Below, in pieces: positions 51,401 to 64,000 of a stretch of DNA of 64,000 nucleotides. The translations under genes and the position numbers were made by a program. Within the stretch, counting starts at the first letter, position 1; each line of letters begins with the position of its first letter. The stretch is from Vermamoeba vermiformis (taxonomy: Eukaryota). The stretch is taken from assembly GCA_045837725.1 (NCBI GenBank), contig JBEWZL010000073.1, forward strand, positions 62,001 to 126,000, read 5' to 3'. Below the pieces are notes generated by a model. That model made no database searches. It was not told the origin of the DNA and saw nothing but the letters and a program-made list of their open reading frames with translations.

Positions 51401-54400
51401 AGGTGTCAATGCGTGTCAACCAGAGATCAGCGAGCACGACCGCCAAGATCGTCACGTGACACGTCAACACGTGCTCGATCTGATCGGTGCGGTGCTGGGA
51501 ATGACATCCAGCGCCACTCCCAGCGTGACACTGGCCCTGGTCGATGACGCGCTGCTCGAGCTCATGTTCGGACTGCTCCGCGAGTCTGCCATGCGACGCT
51601 GGAGCTATAATTGGCTCATCTCAGCTCTCGGAACAGTGCCGAGCAGTGCCGAGGACAAAAATCAGCTGCTAAAATTAGCTACAAAATATCTCAACTATTT
51701 GTGCGCGCTGAGATTGGAGCTCAAAGACGAAGAGCAGCTGTTGCTATTTTTGCTGCAGGGTGAGTGAGGCTATAAATAGAACGGCGCAGTACTCATCACG
51801 TGACAGGACTGCGCATGGTGGCAGGAGGGCGGAACAATAAATCTCAACAAGATCTCCTGCGCGAGGCCGGCGCGTTTGTGAAGCTGTCCAACATGTTGAC
51901 AGGTGTCAAAGCGGTGGATCGACAGCGATTGGACGAATTGAGCAGTCACGTGATTGGCTGTTTGACAGCACTGATGGCCAACAACGCGGAAAATAAGGAA
52001 TTCTTTTCCAAGTCGATTGGTGTCACGCAGTTCAAGACGCTATTATTAGAAGCATACGACAGCAAACTCACCGCACGTGTGCTGAATGGATTGCTACTTA
52101 TGGTAAGTGCAGTGTTGCCGATGCCAGTCTGACACTTGCCTAATTTAGATGACGGACGGCCAAGATCTGGACGATGATTCGCCGAGCAGTCTGATTCAGA
52201 ACAGTTCTATAGCTTTGCTGTTATTCTCGCTCACACCTAATTGGGCGGATGAGGAGCAGGTGACGCTGTACGATCACGTGATTCGCTTGGTGTCCAAACA
52301 CGACATCAATCAGTCCATTCTCGCCAACACCAATCTCATCTATCAGCTGCTCGATCTCCTGCCCCAGATCACTGCTGGACCCGTGCAAGGTATGCGCGGT
52401 GTATTCACTGACACGTGACCTGACAATGGATGTCTATTTTTAGAACGCGCGCTGTCCCTGGTGGCACTGCTGTCCAAACAAGGCATCACCGTGCGCGAGT
52501 TGAAAAAGCTGTTCACGCTGTTCAAACCTGTCGCTGATCGGCGCGTAAGTCACTCTTTGACACGTGTCACCCAGTGCTGATCTATTTTTAGTCTCCGCTC
52601 ACCCCCGTGCTCGTGCAAGTGCTCGAAGCAGTGGCCCGTGCCAGCGCCGATGTGATCAGTGCCTCGTCACGTGATCTCGAGAACAGCACGGTGGCACTCA
52701 CTAATAATAGCACCACGCAGTTCACGGCCAGTGCAGGCTCGAGCTCGTTCTTTGAATTCAACGGCCGACACAGTGCTGTCACCGTGCTGTCAACGTGTCA
52801 GTGGCCGCTGGGGCTGGATGACAGCGACAAGCCCGCGTGTTCGGTGGCACTGTGGCTGCGCGCGACCTCGTGGACGGACCCCTCGCTGGCCCCGCTCTAC
52901 TTGCCGCGCCTGTGCTCGCTGCTCAAGTACGACGGTGGCACTGGTGTCGAGATCTATTTTCGGCCCTCGTGGGACACCTCCACTGCGCACCTCGTGGTAT
53001 CTTTGCAGCCATCACGTGATCAGGCCCCCGTGCTCGTGGAGTTCACGGCCCATCCGCTGTTGGAGCGCGAGTGGTATCACGTGACATTGACTTATATGGT
53101 CACCTCGCGCAAGAACACTGAACTGCACTTGTACGTCAACGGCCGTCACGTGCAGCACGAGACTGTGCGCGCCCCGTACATCTTCAAGGTGAGTGCTGTC
53201 CTAATTAGGCAATCACGTGCTGACCTCTCGCGCAGGGCTTGGACTGTGTGCGCATCGGTTCGAATGCGGAAGTGTACCGCACTGCCAGCACGATATACCG
53301 CGAATCGAGTTTTTACGGACAGATGGCCAATGTCTACTGGTTCAGCGACGAACTCACCGCACCGCACGTGGCAGCTATTTATAGACTCGGACCCAACTAC
53401 ATGGCCAACTTCCAGGGCGACAGTGCTGCGGAGGTAGCGGAACAACTCGATCTTTCAGTGAACCAGGCCATGCAGCTGTTGAGCGAACTGCGCGCCATGG
53501 TGCACGTGGCATTCATGGCACAGGCCTGCGTGCAGCTGTCACCAGATGTCAAACTCAAGTCCGTGCCAGCACTCATTGCAAATGCCCCGTTGACACCTGT
53601 CAATGAGCGTGCCGTGTCAGAAGCCGATTCGCTCTGTTACGACTGCAGTCCTGAGTCACTGCCACGTGCTCGCCGTCACGCCGTGCTCACAGGTCAGTGT
53701 TTGACACGTGTCACTCGCATATATATCATTGCAAGTGTTTCTAATTCTCCGCGTGACAGGTGTCAGTGTCATCACGCGCTCGATTCTGCACGACATTGTC
53801 AACTGTCTCGGAGGTGTCTCCGCACTGTTGCCACTGTTCCAACAGCTCGATCTCGCGGAGGATTCCGATCACGTGACTGCACCGCTCTACACCTTCGCCG
53901 CGGACATTGTGCGCGTGATTGCCTGGCTCTTGGTGGCACCTCCGCGCTCGGAGAAAACAGCTAATAATAGCACCGCGGACGAGTGGCACCGCCAGCACCA
54001 AATTAAGTTCTATCACCAGGGCGGCTTCCCAATCGTGTCGTATCTCCTGCTGAGATCGTCGCCGCAGAATCTCACCATTGAGCTGCTCGATGCTTTGCAA
54101 CTATTTCTCAAAGAATACAAACAGCCCAACACACGTGTTGGCATGTTGATCGGTACGATGAAATTTCATTGCAATCTCCCCGCTAATCTCCGCACAGAAC
54201 CACTCGAAGACGATCTGTTTTTGCACTTGTTCTTCAATTTCCATTTATGGATATACGCCGAGTACGCCGTTCAGAAGCACCTGTTGACACGTGTCTTGCC
54301 GTTCTACGTGCACAAAATCAAACGTCTGCGCACCGTGTTTGGCGTGCAGCCATTTTTAGACGCACTGCGGCTGTACTACTGGACAGCACGTGACAGTCAC

Positions 54401-57400
54401 TCCATGGCCGTGGAGCCCGTGCACCACCCCGTGACTGGCACCTGTGTCGGACGCAGACCCGATGATCATCACGTGATCGATCTCCAGCGCGATCTCGTGG
54501 CCCTGGTCGAACTCACCGTGCAGGACGGAATAACTGTCGATGAGACACGTGCTCTGCTGTGAGTATTCGGCCCTCGTTCAGTGAATGGTGCGATGCTAAT
54601 ATTTCCTAATTAGGCAATTCATGATTGACTGCAAAGAGAACGGCCAGCTCATTTTAGTGCTGAAAATGATGGTGCGGCTATTATTAGCACCAAATCAGAC
54701 GGGCACTTATCTACTGAACGCGCTGTTGACACTTGGTGGCACTGACACGCTGCTGCTATTATTAGACAACCCAAACAAGTCCGTGCAGGTCTTGGTGCTG
54801 ATGCTGATCGATCTCATTATAGAAAATGTCAAATCGACACCTGCACGAAGTGTCACTGAGGGACAGGACAGTCCTGCCTTAAATAGAAATCAGTCTGGAC
54901 CCCTCGCAATCATTGCCACAAATTCGAGCAAAGACAGTGCCGTGCTGACCGACTCTTTGGCGCGCTTGCCCCCGATATTTCCTATTAAGGCAATCACCAA
55001 CACGAGCACTGCCTCACCCGTGTCCACGCCCACATTGACATCGAGTGACAGCGCGGTGGCACTCACTGCGGAGAAATCTCCGATGCAGATCAGCACCCCC
55101 GTGATGAAATCTCGTTCTCGGAGATTGTTCCGCCAGAAATCAGCCTCGCGCGTGAAGATCAGTCAGATGATGGCACGTGCTGTCAGTTTGAGCGAAGACA
55201 TGTCGCCGTTGACAGCTATTTTAACACATCACCTCACGGGACACGTGGATCAGCCGAACAACACCAATGTAGCTAATAATAGCGATGAGTCACGTGACGA
55301 CAGTGCCGAGGGAGATCTCGCGCGCAGTGCATCGAGCACGCGACACGAACTGTACAACATTCTGTTCGCCATGCTCGTTGGCAAGTGGCACGAGACGTCA
55401 AGTGTCACGGTGACAGGTGTCAATGACGATCTTGCGGAGCCACACGTGGGCAAGGTACGTGCTGCGGTTATTTATGGCACCAAGATCTAATTTTAGCCGC
55501 AGATCTTCGTGGACGACAAAGTGTCCCTGACGCACTTTCCTGTTTTGGAAGTGCTGTTCGGTCTGGTCCAATCACACGCCAGCACGACACATCTGTTGCT
55601 GCAAGATCTCGCGCTCTTGTTGCAGCGGCACGACAACTGCCACGCCTTCAAACGACTCGCTGGCTGGCACGTGCACCTGCTCTCCTTGCTGTTCGACGGT
55701 ATGTGCGCTATTGCCTAATTAGTACATGCCTCGCTAACCCTCGCGGTGACAGCGGACAGCGTGACATTCGACATTGTGTGTCAGATCTACAAGTGGCTGC
55801 TGCTCGATGCGCTGCAGTACGACAAGGACGGCTGGACACTGCTGTACGAGACCGAGGCCTACTGCACGCACTTCAACGACAAGGGCGTCGATGCACCGCG
55901 GTTCATGAACCAGTTGATCCGCTCGGTGGTGGCAGAGCTGTGCAAGGAGTCGTGGAACTACAACAAGACGACCAAAGACACCTCGCGCATGAATGTGCTG
56001 CGCGGCCTGCACGAGCGCGACAGTGCGCTGAAGAACAACTTGATGCTGTTCATCTTGTTCGTCGAGGAGTACCTCTACTACCGCTTGGATGGCACTGCGG
56101 AGGACAGCAACGAGCGCACTTCGGATCACGTGACGGACGAGGACGACGAGGAACAACAGCGGAACAATTCGCTCGATGAAGACAAGTTCCACAACTATCA
56201 CGTGACCATGATCATTCGCGCACGTGGTCCCGAGGGTCACGAGTACGACGAGGAGTACAACACCGCACGTGATGTGGCACGTGGCCGCATTTGGCGCGAT
56301 GTGGAGATAGCAATGAATCTCGTCGATCTCGTGATGAATCTCAATCTCGCCAAGATCATTCAAATCTCCGTGCCACAGCCCAATTCTTCTGGCACACTCA
56401 AGCGCGTAAGTGCTAATTATAGCTCCTGCACGTCATTGCTAACGAGCTAAATTTAGACCATGGTGCGTGTGCGTGAAGGTGGTCTGCGCCAGCTCGTGCT
56501 GCGATTGGTCAGTGCGTGTCTGTACGAGCACTCGGAGACTGACAGCGGAGATCACGCGAGATCAGTGCGAGATTTCCTCGTGCGCACCATCCCGCAGCTG
56601 CACGCCATCATGCGCAAGAAGGCGAGCACTGAAGAGGTGCACTACGTAGCATTGCACTTGTTGCGCGCACTGAAATTGCGGCACCTGGCAGCCACGTGGC
56701 AGGAAATCTCGGGCACGAGTCCCGTGAATGGCGCGAGTCCAGCGGCGCAACTGATCAGCGACACGATCAAAGAGACCAAAGAGAGTGCGGTGCTGAGCAA
56801 GTCAGCCCTGGTGCGCGATCACGGCGATCTGTTGGTGATGATCCACTGGCTGCAAGATCTGCTCGTCAATCACGTCAAGTCGCCGCTCATTGCCTCGTTC
56901 AAGAAAGACAATCTCCCGCACGAGCAGCAGCGCAAAGTCAAAGATGTGGTGGCACAGTTGACGCAGGGCTATCACGCCAATGGTCCGCTCAATCTCCAGC
57001 CCGGAGCTGACTCCGGTCACGTGTTCAAAATCAGCAGCAGCACCTATCAATCTCCGCTGCTATCTCCGACATTCATTGCAACAATGTTGACGCTCATCCA
57101 GGGCAGCACGGCCTCGACCTCGCTGACGTATCTCGAAGCATATCTCGCGTCACGTGCTGCACCGCTGACCACGCACGAGATTGACATGGCGCAGTCCATT
57201 CTCAAGACACGTGTCAAATGGCTGGCCGTGTCACAGCGGCAGATTGACGAGTACTTGACGCGGCAAAATCTGAACATCATGGAGACCACGCGGCGCATTG
57301 AGCACGTGAAGACAACGCTGTTCAGTGAATCGCAGTTCGAACAGCGCATTCATGAACTGAAGATGTCACTCAAAGATGCCTACGCGCGCATTGCCAATCA

Positions 57401-60343
57401 GTGGAAGCGCATTCTCCGTTCACTGAACAACGAGCGCGGGCCGTGGTGTCCGCAACAGCCGTCACGTGTCTATTGGAAGCTCGACAAGACGGAGAATTCG
57501 CTGCGCATGCGACTGAAGCTGAAGCGGAATTACAACTTCAACGACCACCGCGATGCCGTGCAGCACAAAGAGGCACGTGATTCGAGTGCTATAAATAGCA
57601 AGGGACTCGACGACTACGAGCGGTTGAGACTGCTGAAATTGCCCGTGCGACGAGGTAACTGTCGACTATTTTAAGACTGCCACAGATATGTACTAATTTG
57701 GCAATAGACTTCATGGAGCGCTACGAAGAGGAGGAAATGCCCGATGATCAGATCGTCACCGCGGACACGAGCACCAATCTCGGAGCGAGTTCCGAGATTC
57801 AGCTCATCACGCGCAAGAGTTCTTCCGCCGCACAACAGACACCAGCCCCTGCCCCCGCCCCCTCGTACCGCATTGTGATGCGCGTGTCCGCGGAGTGGAT
57901 CACACCGTCCAATGTCTACCAGGGCCTGCTCGCTCTCGTGCTGGTCAGTGCGGACAACAGCTGTCACGTGACATTCACTGAAGATCTCGCGGAGAATGCT
58001 CCGAACACAGCACGTGCGCGCAAGATGAAGCACTGGGCCGTGCACGACATCCGCGGCATGCACATGCGCCGTTACCTTTTAAGGCGAAGTGCAGTGGAGC
58101 TGTTCATGAACGACCAGACAAACAATCTGTTCAATCTGTCCAAGAAAGACTGTCAACGGCTGTACCAGAAGATCATCGGTCTCAAGCCACTGTCGCTGCT
58201 GTCCATCACGGAGATGAAGTTGACGCCCGACCAGATCTTGTTGGCGAGTGGGCTGTGCGACAAGTGGCGCCACCGACACATCAGCAACTTCGAGTACTTG
58301 ATGCACCTCAACACCATTGCTGGCAGAACGTACAACGACCTCACGCAGTACCCTGTGTTCCCCTGGGTGCTGCAGGACTACACCAGTCACGTGCTCGATT
58401 TGGACAATCCACGTGTCTATCGAGATCTGAGCAAGCCCATTGGTGCCATCAATGCCGAGCGCTTGAAGTACTTCCAAGACCGCTACGAGCAGTGGGAGTC
58501 GATGCAAGACCAGGGCAGTGTGCCACCCTTCCACTACGGCAGTCACTACTCGAGTGCGGGGGTCGTGCTCTATTATCTCATTCGCGTTGAGCCCTTCACC
58601 ACGCTGCACATTCAGCTGCAGGGCGGCAAGTTCGATCACACTGACCGCTTGTTCCACTCGATCGAACAGACCTGGCACAGCTGCACGCACGACACGAGTG
58701 ACGTCAAGGAACTCATTCCCGAATTCTTTTATTTCCCCGAATTCCTCACCAATCACAACTCGTTTGACTTTGGCACCAAGCAGAATGGCATCAAGATGAA
58801 TGACGTCCTCTTGCCACCCTGGGCCAACAACAGTCCCGAGCAGTTCATTCGTCTGCATCGCCGCGCCCTCGAGTCCGAATACGTCTCACTTCATCTGCAC
58901 AAGTGGATCGATCTCGTCTTTGGTTATTTGCAGCGCGGTCATCCAGCGCGCGAGGCCAACAACGTGTTCTACTATCTGACCTACGAAGGTGCCGTGGATC
59001 TCGACGAAATTACAGATCCAGTGCTCAAAGTCTCCACGCGCGATCAAATTGCACACTTCGGTCAAACACCCTCGCAACTGCTCAAAGCAGAGCCGCACGT
59101 GGCCCGATTCCCACTGACCACTGATCTGTCCAATCACTACCGCTCTATATTTGTGCGCCCTGACATGCTGGACATTTATCGTATAAACCTCGAGCCCGTC
59201 AATCCCTCGGGCACCAATACGAGCACCAGCACCGAACTGAGTGGCGCGATAGTGTACATGTCCTGCGCGATGATGAATGACCGAGTGATTGCAGTGGACG
59301 AGTACGGCTTGATTCGCATCTATCGGCTGATACGACCTCTCACCTGGCAACACGTCGAGTCCAATCACCCGTTCAAGTACTTGCCCAATTACAGACAACG
59401 ACTCGATCACCACGCTACTGACGGAGATCAGTCGATGACACTTGACACGTCACGCCACGGTCAGCACTTGACCACACGGCACAGCACACATCAATTTGCC
59501 ATCAGCCCCGACGGTCGCACGCTCTACTCTGCGGCACACTGGGACGGCACTGCGAAGGTGGTAGCCATTGACTCGCACAGTCTGAGCAGTGTCGCTGGTG
59601 GCAGCAGTTCACAGACAGCACTCAGTCTCAGCCCCGTGGGACTCGTGCACTCCAAGCCTCCGCTCACTTGTCTGGCCTTGGCAGAGGACGGAGGTCTGTT
59701 GGTGACTGGCTGCGCTGACACAACACTCACTGTGTGGACTGTGCACGGCCCTGGCCTTACTGCCGCGAACCCTGCCTCCAATGTCATTTCTCCGCAACGC
59801 AACACGGCGAAATCTCCGCTACTGCCTGTGACTCTTCATCCGCGTCACGTGCTCTACGGCCACGACCGTGAAATTACAGCCGTGGCCATCAGTCGCGATC
59901 TCGATGTGTGCCTCAGTGGCAGTCGTGATGGCACCTGTCTCGTGCACACTCTCAAGCAGGGTCAATACGTCAGGGCTCTGCAGTTGCCGCACACCAATGC
60001 CTCAATTGACATGATTGCTATCTGTGCGACCACAGGACACTTCGTCATGTACTCCAAGTCCAGCTTGACGCTCTATCTCTACACCATCAACGGCAAGCTG
60101 TTGGCCCAGACTGACGCCAACGACCACTTGAATCACATGGTGGTGACCAAGGACGGCGAGTACTTGATCAGCGGTGGTCGCAAGGGTACGGTGGTTATTC
60201 GCACGCTGTTCACATTGCAGACAGTGCACAAGTTCCAAGTCGATGCTGCAGTCTGTTCATTGGCCCTCACCGCTGAAGAGAAACATCTGCTCGTAGGACT
60301 TGACAACGGCAAAATGATCTTGTTCTACCCTCGCGGCTTGTAA
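48441..60343 (+). CDS. BEACH-domain protein (neurobeachin/LRBA/Lvs-like): ARM region, ConA-like domain, PH, BEACH, WD40
   Basis: WYHVTL...LYVNG (ConA-like), [96 protein letters not shown]40 repeats. Confidence 0.95.
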
Positions 60344-60489
60344 TTGTTGTCAACCGAATAAACAATTTTTCAACGAAATTGCGCACATGTTCGTTGTACT
60401 ACCGTCCAATAAAATCAATTTATGACCACAAGGTAGCAGTCAACGCGTACTTTAACTCGCATAAAATACGAATGAAAAATGCTTAAACC

Positions 60490-61370
60490 TGCGTTTTGGT
60501 TCATGAATAAAAGCGAAATTTCTCAAACTCAGAAGGGTTGTCGTAATGCGTAAATTGGTCTTAAGTCACTTTGTAATGCTCTCATTAACAAATTGCTTTC
60601 ATGACTTGATGTTTGTGATGTATTCCACCGGGTGCGCGGTTGGTTGGCAAACTTGAAGCATAAACAAAGCTCCTTGTGCTCGCATTTGCCATTGCTTGGT
60701 GCTCGACGATGCACTACGGCAAATAACATTGGATTACACTTGATTTGCTGTTGTAGATGCATTAGTAAATGTTTGATCTGCTTCACGAGTTGTGGAAAAA
60801 TAGTTTGTACGGGCGGAGAAAGAATTTTGCTTTTGGTACAAAAAAGGTGCGATCGCGTGGCAAGCAAAACCGCTTTACGTACCATTAGAATGACTCTTAT
60901 GAACTGGTATGGTATGTCATGGTAACACACTTTGGTGATATGAAAGTATGACTGCTATTTCGGCTCAACCAAAGAGTTTTGAGGCCGAAGAACAAAGGAT
61001 CTTGGCAACAAAAGCATTATATTTATCGCGCTCTTATCAGTATTCATAAACGGAACTTATCTTTGAACATAGTCCGGATTCTACCGGGTTTGGATTTGTT
61101 CGATGTCCCCAAGTTTCTAGCTAAGGTCGCTGAAGGTAGAGAGAGCTTAAGTTAACTAAAAATAAATATAAAGTTATCCTTGGCATTTAATTGCGCTACA
61201 ACAAAACTGCTTTACCCACCCTTGAGTAACTCGCAAAACCAGTTTTGGTTCATGAAACGGGCACAAGCTAACCTTTGAATAACTCGTAGCAGACGTTATG
61301 AGCCGTCATAGTAATGTATTTTAGTGGTATTAAAACATGGTGCTTGCAATATCGGCTCAACTAGCGTTTT
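60490..61370 (-). mobile_element. Possible decayed hAT-like transposon remnant in the BEACH-PPase intergenic gap
   Basis: Minus-strand PRTRWNT (cf. hAT TRWNS) at about 60619-60639, exact 15-bp direct repeat gttttggttcatgaa at 60493 and 61242, and no gene-body motifs. Confidence 0.3.
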
Positions 61371-61643
61371 TTTTTGCACATTTTACGCAGCAAGGATCTC
61401 GCTTTATTACGGGAGCCGCTGCAACTACTGTACACCATTGCTATTCAGTCAGAACTACAGTTTGGCACGCATTGGATTGGAAGATGGTGACCGCACGTAC
61501 CTAGGGGTTCGATTGAGATCAGAGCTTTGTGGTCCAGAGTTATTCAATAACAAACAGTTTCGGCCAAAGGTTTATTAAAATATTTGATATATTATTTGCT
61601 AACTATCAGCGAGTTTATTGAACATATTCACTGCTTTATAGAA

Positions 61644-62928
61644 TTATTTTTGGCGCACGTACGCTTGGAAGATCTTGGTCAATTCAGCTTCAGCATCAGC
61701 AGCGCTCACGTGCTCGGCTCCTTGAGTTTGAGTGCACTTCCTATATGCAGCAAGATAGTTAGTACAGGTGTTTACTCAGCTGCACAAGTGACGTACAAAG
61801 CCCAGTTTGAAGCAGCCTTCTTGTGCACCATGTGGTCCCACTCTTGGTGCGTCTCTTCGAGCACCTTCAACATGAAAGCCTAACGCGCCACAAATAATTA
61901 GTACGTGCAGCTAGTACCAAGCATGGTACGCGTACCTTGTCCAACAACTTGCCGCCAAAGCCGAACTGAGCTTGAGGCTTGCCATCGGGCACTTTGTAGT
62001 CACGAATAAATTCGAAGATCTGTTGAGTCTTGCCGGGGAACACCTTGTCGATATCAGAGGCATCTATTTATACAACGTTCTTATGAGTATTCATGCATAA
62101 AGCTCATCTTTGAACAGATGTGCCTCATCTGTTGCCACGTACCGTTCAACTTGTCAGCGTGTTCGTCAGTGACGTCAATGGTGATGAACTTCCAGTCCAT
62201 TTCACCCTCATCAATCATGGCGTAACCACCGAGCACTTTAGCTTGCACAATAGTGCCTGTGGCGTGTAACTTGGTGCCGATCTCGCACACGTCAACGGGG
62301 TCGTTGTCACCTTGAGTAGAATAGTACGATTAAATGTTGGTAATAATTAAATTACATTGCTATGATGCGTACCCTTGGCCTTAGTCTCGGGGTCAACAAT
62401 GGCGGGATTCTCCCAGGTTTGAGGAATAGCGCCATAGTTGTAAGGGAATGGGTATTGAGCAGCGATGTATCTCAACTTGCCGTTCTGCGTAAATATAAAT
62501 AGATATTAATATTGTGGCATGGTACTACGCAGCAGGAGAAGAAAAAAAGACCACCGTAAAGCGACTTACCTTGACGTCTTGGGTAATAGGGTTGAAGGGC
62601 TTAGTCTTGTGGCATTCGAGCTTAGCATGAGTACCACGAGGGATTTCGATGAAGATATTAATAATACCCTTCTCTTTATCGGCCCAAAGAGGCAGATCGT
62701 GCACCAAGGAGACTGGAACTCCGTCTAAACGCAGAAGAAAATTAAAGAGGGTTCAAATAATGAGCATTATCCATTAAGAACCTATTAAAATATTTTTTTA
62801 TGATATTTTTGAAATTATTTGTGTGCGTTCAGCATCTGTTGTTGCAGTAGGCCTTACTCACCCTTAGTGTGGTAGAGTTGATAGTCCAAGGTGCCGAACA
62901 CACCGATTTGCTTAGTGGCGTAAGACAT
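61644..62928 (-). CDS. PPA1: Soluble family I inorganic pyrophosphatase
   Basis: HDLPL, IEIPRGTHAKLE, NPITQDVK|NGKLRY, YNYGAIPQTWENP, GDNDPVDVCEIG, MIDEGEMDWK, RDYKVPDGKP. Confidence 0.95.
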
Positions 62929-63359
62929 GCTTAGAGAGTGGTGGTAGCTAATGCTTGTTGTGCAGGAAACAATCACCGCCTAGAGATCCAACGAATTTAT
63001 TTCCACCCAGCTTTTTTTGACAAGAAACAGCATTACGAACAAATCTCTTATTGATTTGACACAAACACAACAACAACAGCTTCTTCTTGGCAGACAATAG
63101 AGTACGTTAACCAGCACCAAGCAGATAAGGTGTTGTAGCCAGAAAGTCACTTTACGTCAGACAGGAAATAATTATTAATACTAATAATAATAATCGTGAT
63201 GACCTTGCAATTATACCAGTCATAGCGATTAAGGGCTTCAGGATCTTCATTTAAAATCGGATAATAATTGTCTTCCAATCAATATCTGGTGTTTTCGAGG
63301 CTAAATCTGCGCACACTATCGAGTATAATAGTCCTACTAACAATATTCGAATTAGAATC

Positions 63360-64000
63360 ATGGCGCAACAAGAGATCCACAAAGCCTCACCGTATCCAAT
63401 GCTGCCAGTGCCAGAAGCACTCTCTATCACCCTGGCACATACCCCTGTCATGCGCTCTCATAGTGTTGATATTCAGCAAGCACTAGGACGCGTTCTGGCC
63501 GAAGACGTTCACGCTGCAGATCCACTGCCACCGTTTCCTGCATCCATCAAGGACGGCTATGCAGTGGTAGCGGAGGTAACTGCAGTACTATAGGTGCTCC
63601 AAAAGCAGCTCGCTGACGTGCTTGCAGGACGGACTGGGCGAGTATCCCATCCTCGGCATCATCGCTGCTGGTCAAGTCCCCTCGTTCACGGTCACATCTG
63701 GTCACGTCGCTAAAATCACGACTGGCGCACCAGTACCACCGGGAGCGAATGCTGTCATTCAGGTACTTGCCTAGTTTAGTCAGAAGCGCGTGCTAATCAG
63801 TCGTCAGGTTGAAGACACAGTGCTCATCAAGGGCACGAATGGCGCACCAGATCGCGTCAGAATATTGAAGGCCGCAAGCAAGCCCAGTCAAGACATTAGA
63901 GCTGTTGGCTCGGACATCAAGTACGTGACTTGTTTGCCTTGCATCACTAACAACCATGTACGTGCAGCACAGGAGATGTCGTGCTGAAGACAGGCGAGGT
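63360..64000 (+). CDS. Molybdopterin molybdenumtransferase (MoeA / gephyrin-Cnx1 E domain), 5-prime part, runs off the window
   Basis: SPYPML, ALGRVLAEDV.A..PLPPFPASIKDGYAV, KITTGAPVPPGANAVIQ|VEDT, DIRAVGSDI. Confidence 0.92.

Noticed and set aside
58079-59413. Long antisense ORFs opposite BEACH (also opposite NAE1, TANGO6, Cdt1 and others)
   Set aside because: Shadow frames of real exons caused by codon bias; no recognisable protein features

Overview
Gene-dense eukaryotic DNA with short spliceosomal introns (mostly about 45-100 nt) and mitochondrial-pathway genes, probably from a free-living protist. The amoebozoan-like impression is inference only. About 23 protein-coding genes were reconstructed by hand: a Tim22-family last exon, GT34 glycosyltransferase, a degenerate eEF1A/HBS1-family putative pseudo-GTPase, TANGO6/Rtp1, an RGS protein, a mitochondrion-targeted EttA, a large Clu-TPR-LRR protein, PGS1, a bacterial-type MetRS, ALG11, IMP4, CDT1, G-alpha, a CaMK1-like kinase, SAM50, TAF10, NAE1, a BEACH-WD40 protein, soluble PPase, the start of a MoeA/gephyrin gene, and three hypothetical genes. 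A ~5 kb CpG-poor repeat island (23.4-28.3 kb) holds a decayed PIF/Harbinger-type transposase, inverted repeats and tRNA T-arm-like modules. The most striking unexplained signal is that gene bodies, both exons and introns, are saturated with a small set of palindromes: TGACA-NN-TGTCA, TCACGTGA, TTCA(C/G)TGAA, TTNCC-W6-GGNAA and CTA-W4-TAG. These resemble TALE-homeodomain, bHLH, STAT-like, SRF/Mcm1 and MEF2 sites. They visibly bias protein sequence and are nearly absent from the transposon island. All exon boundaries and motif counts were read by eye and are approximate.
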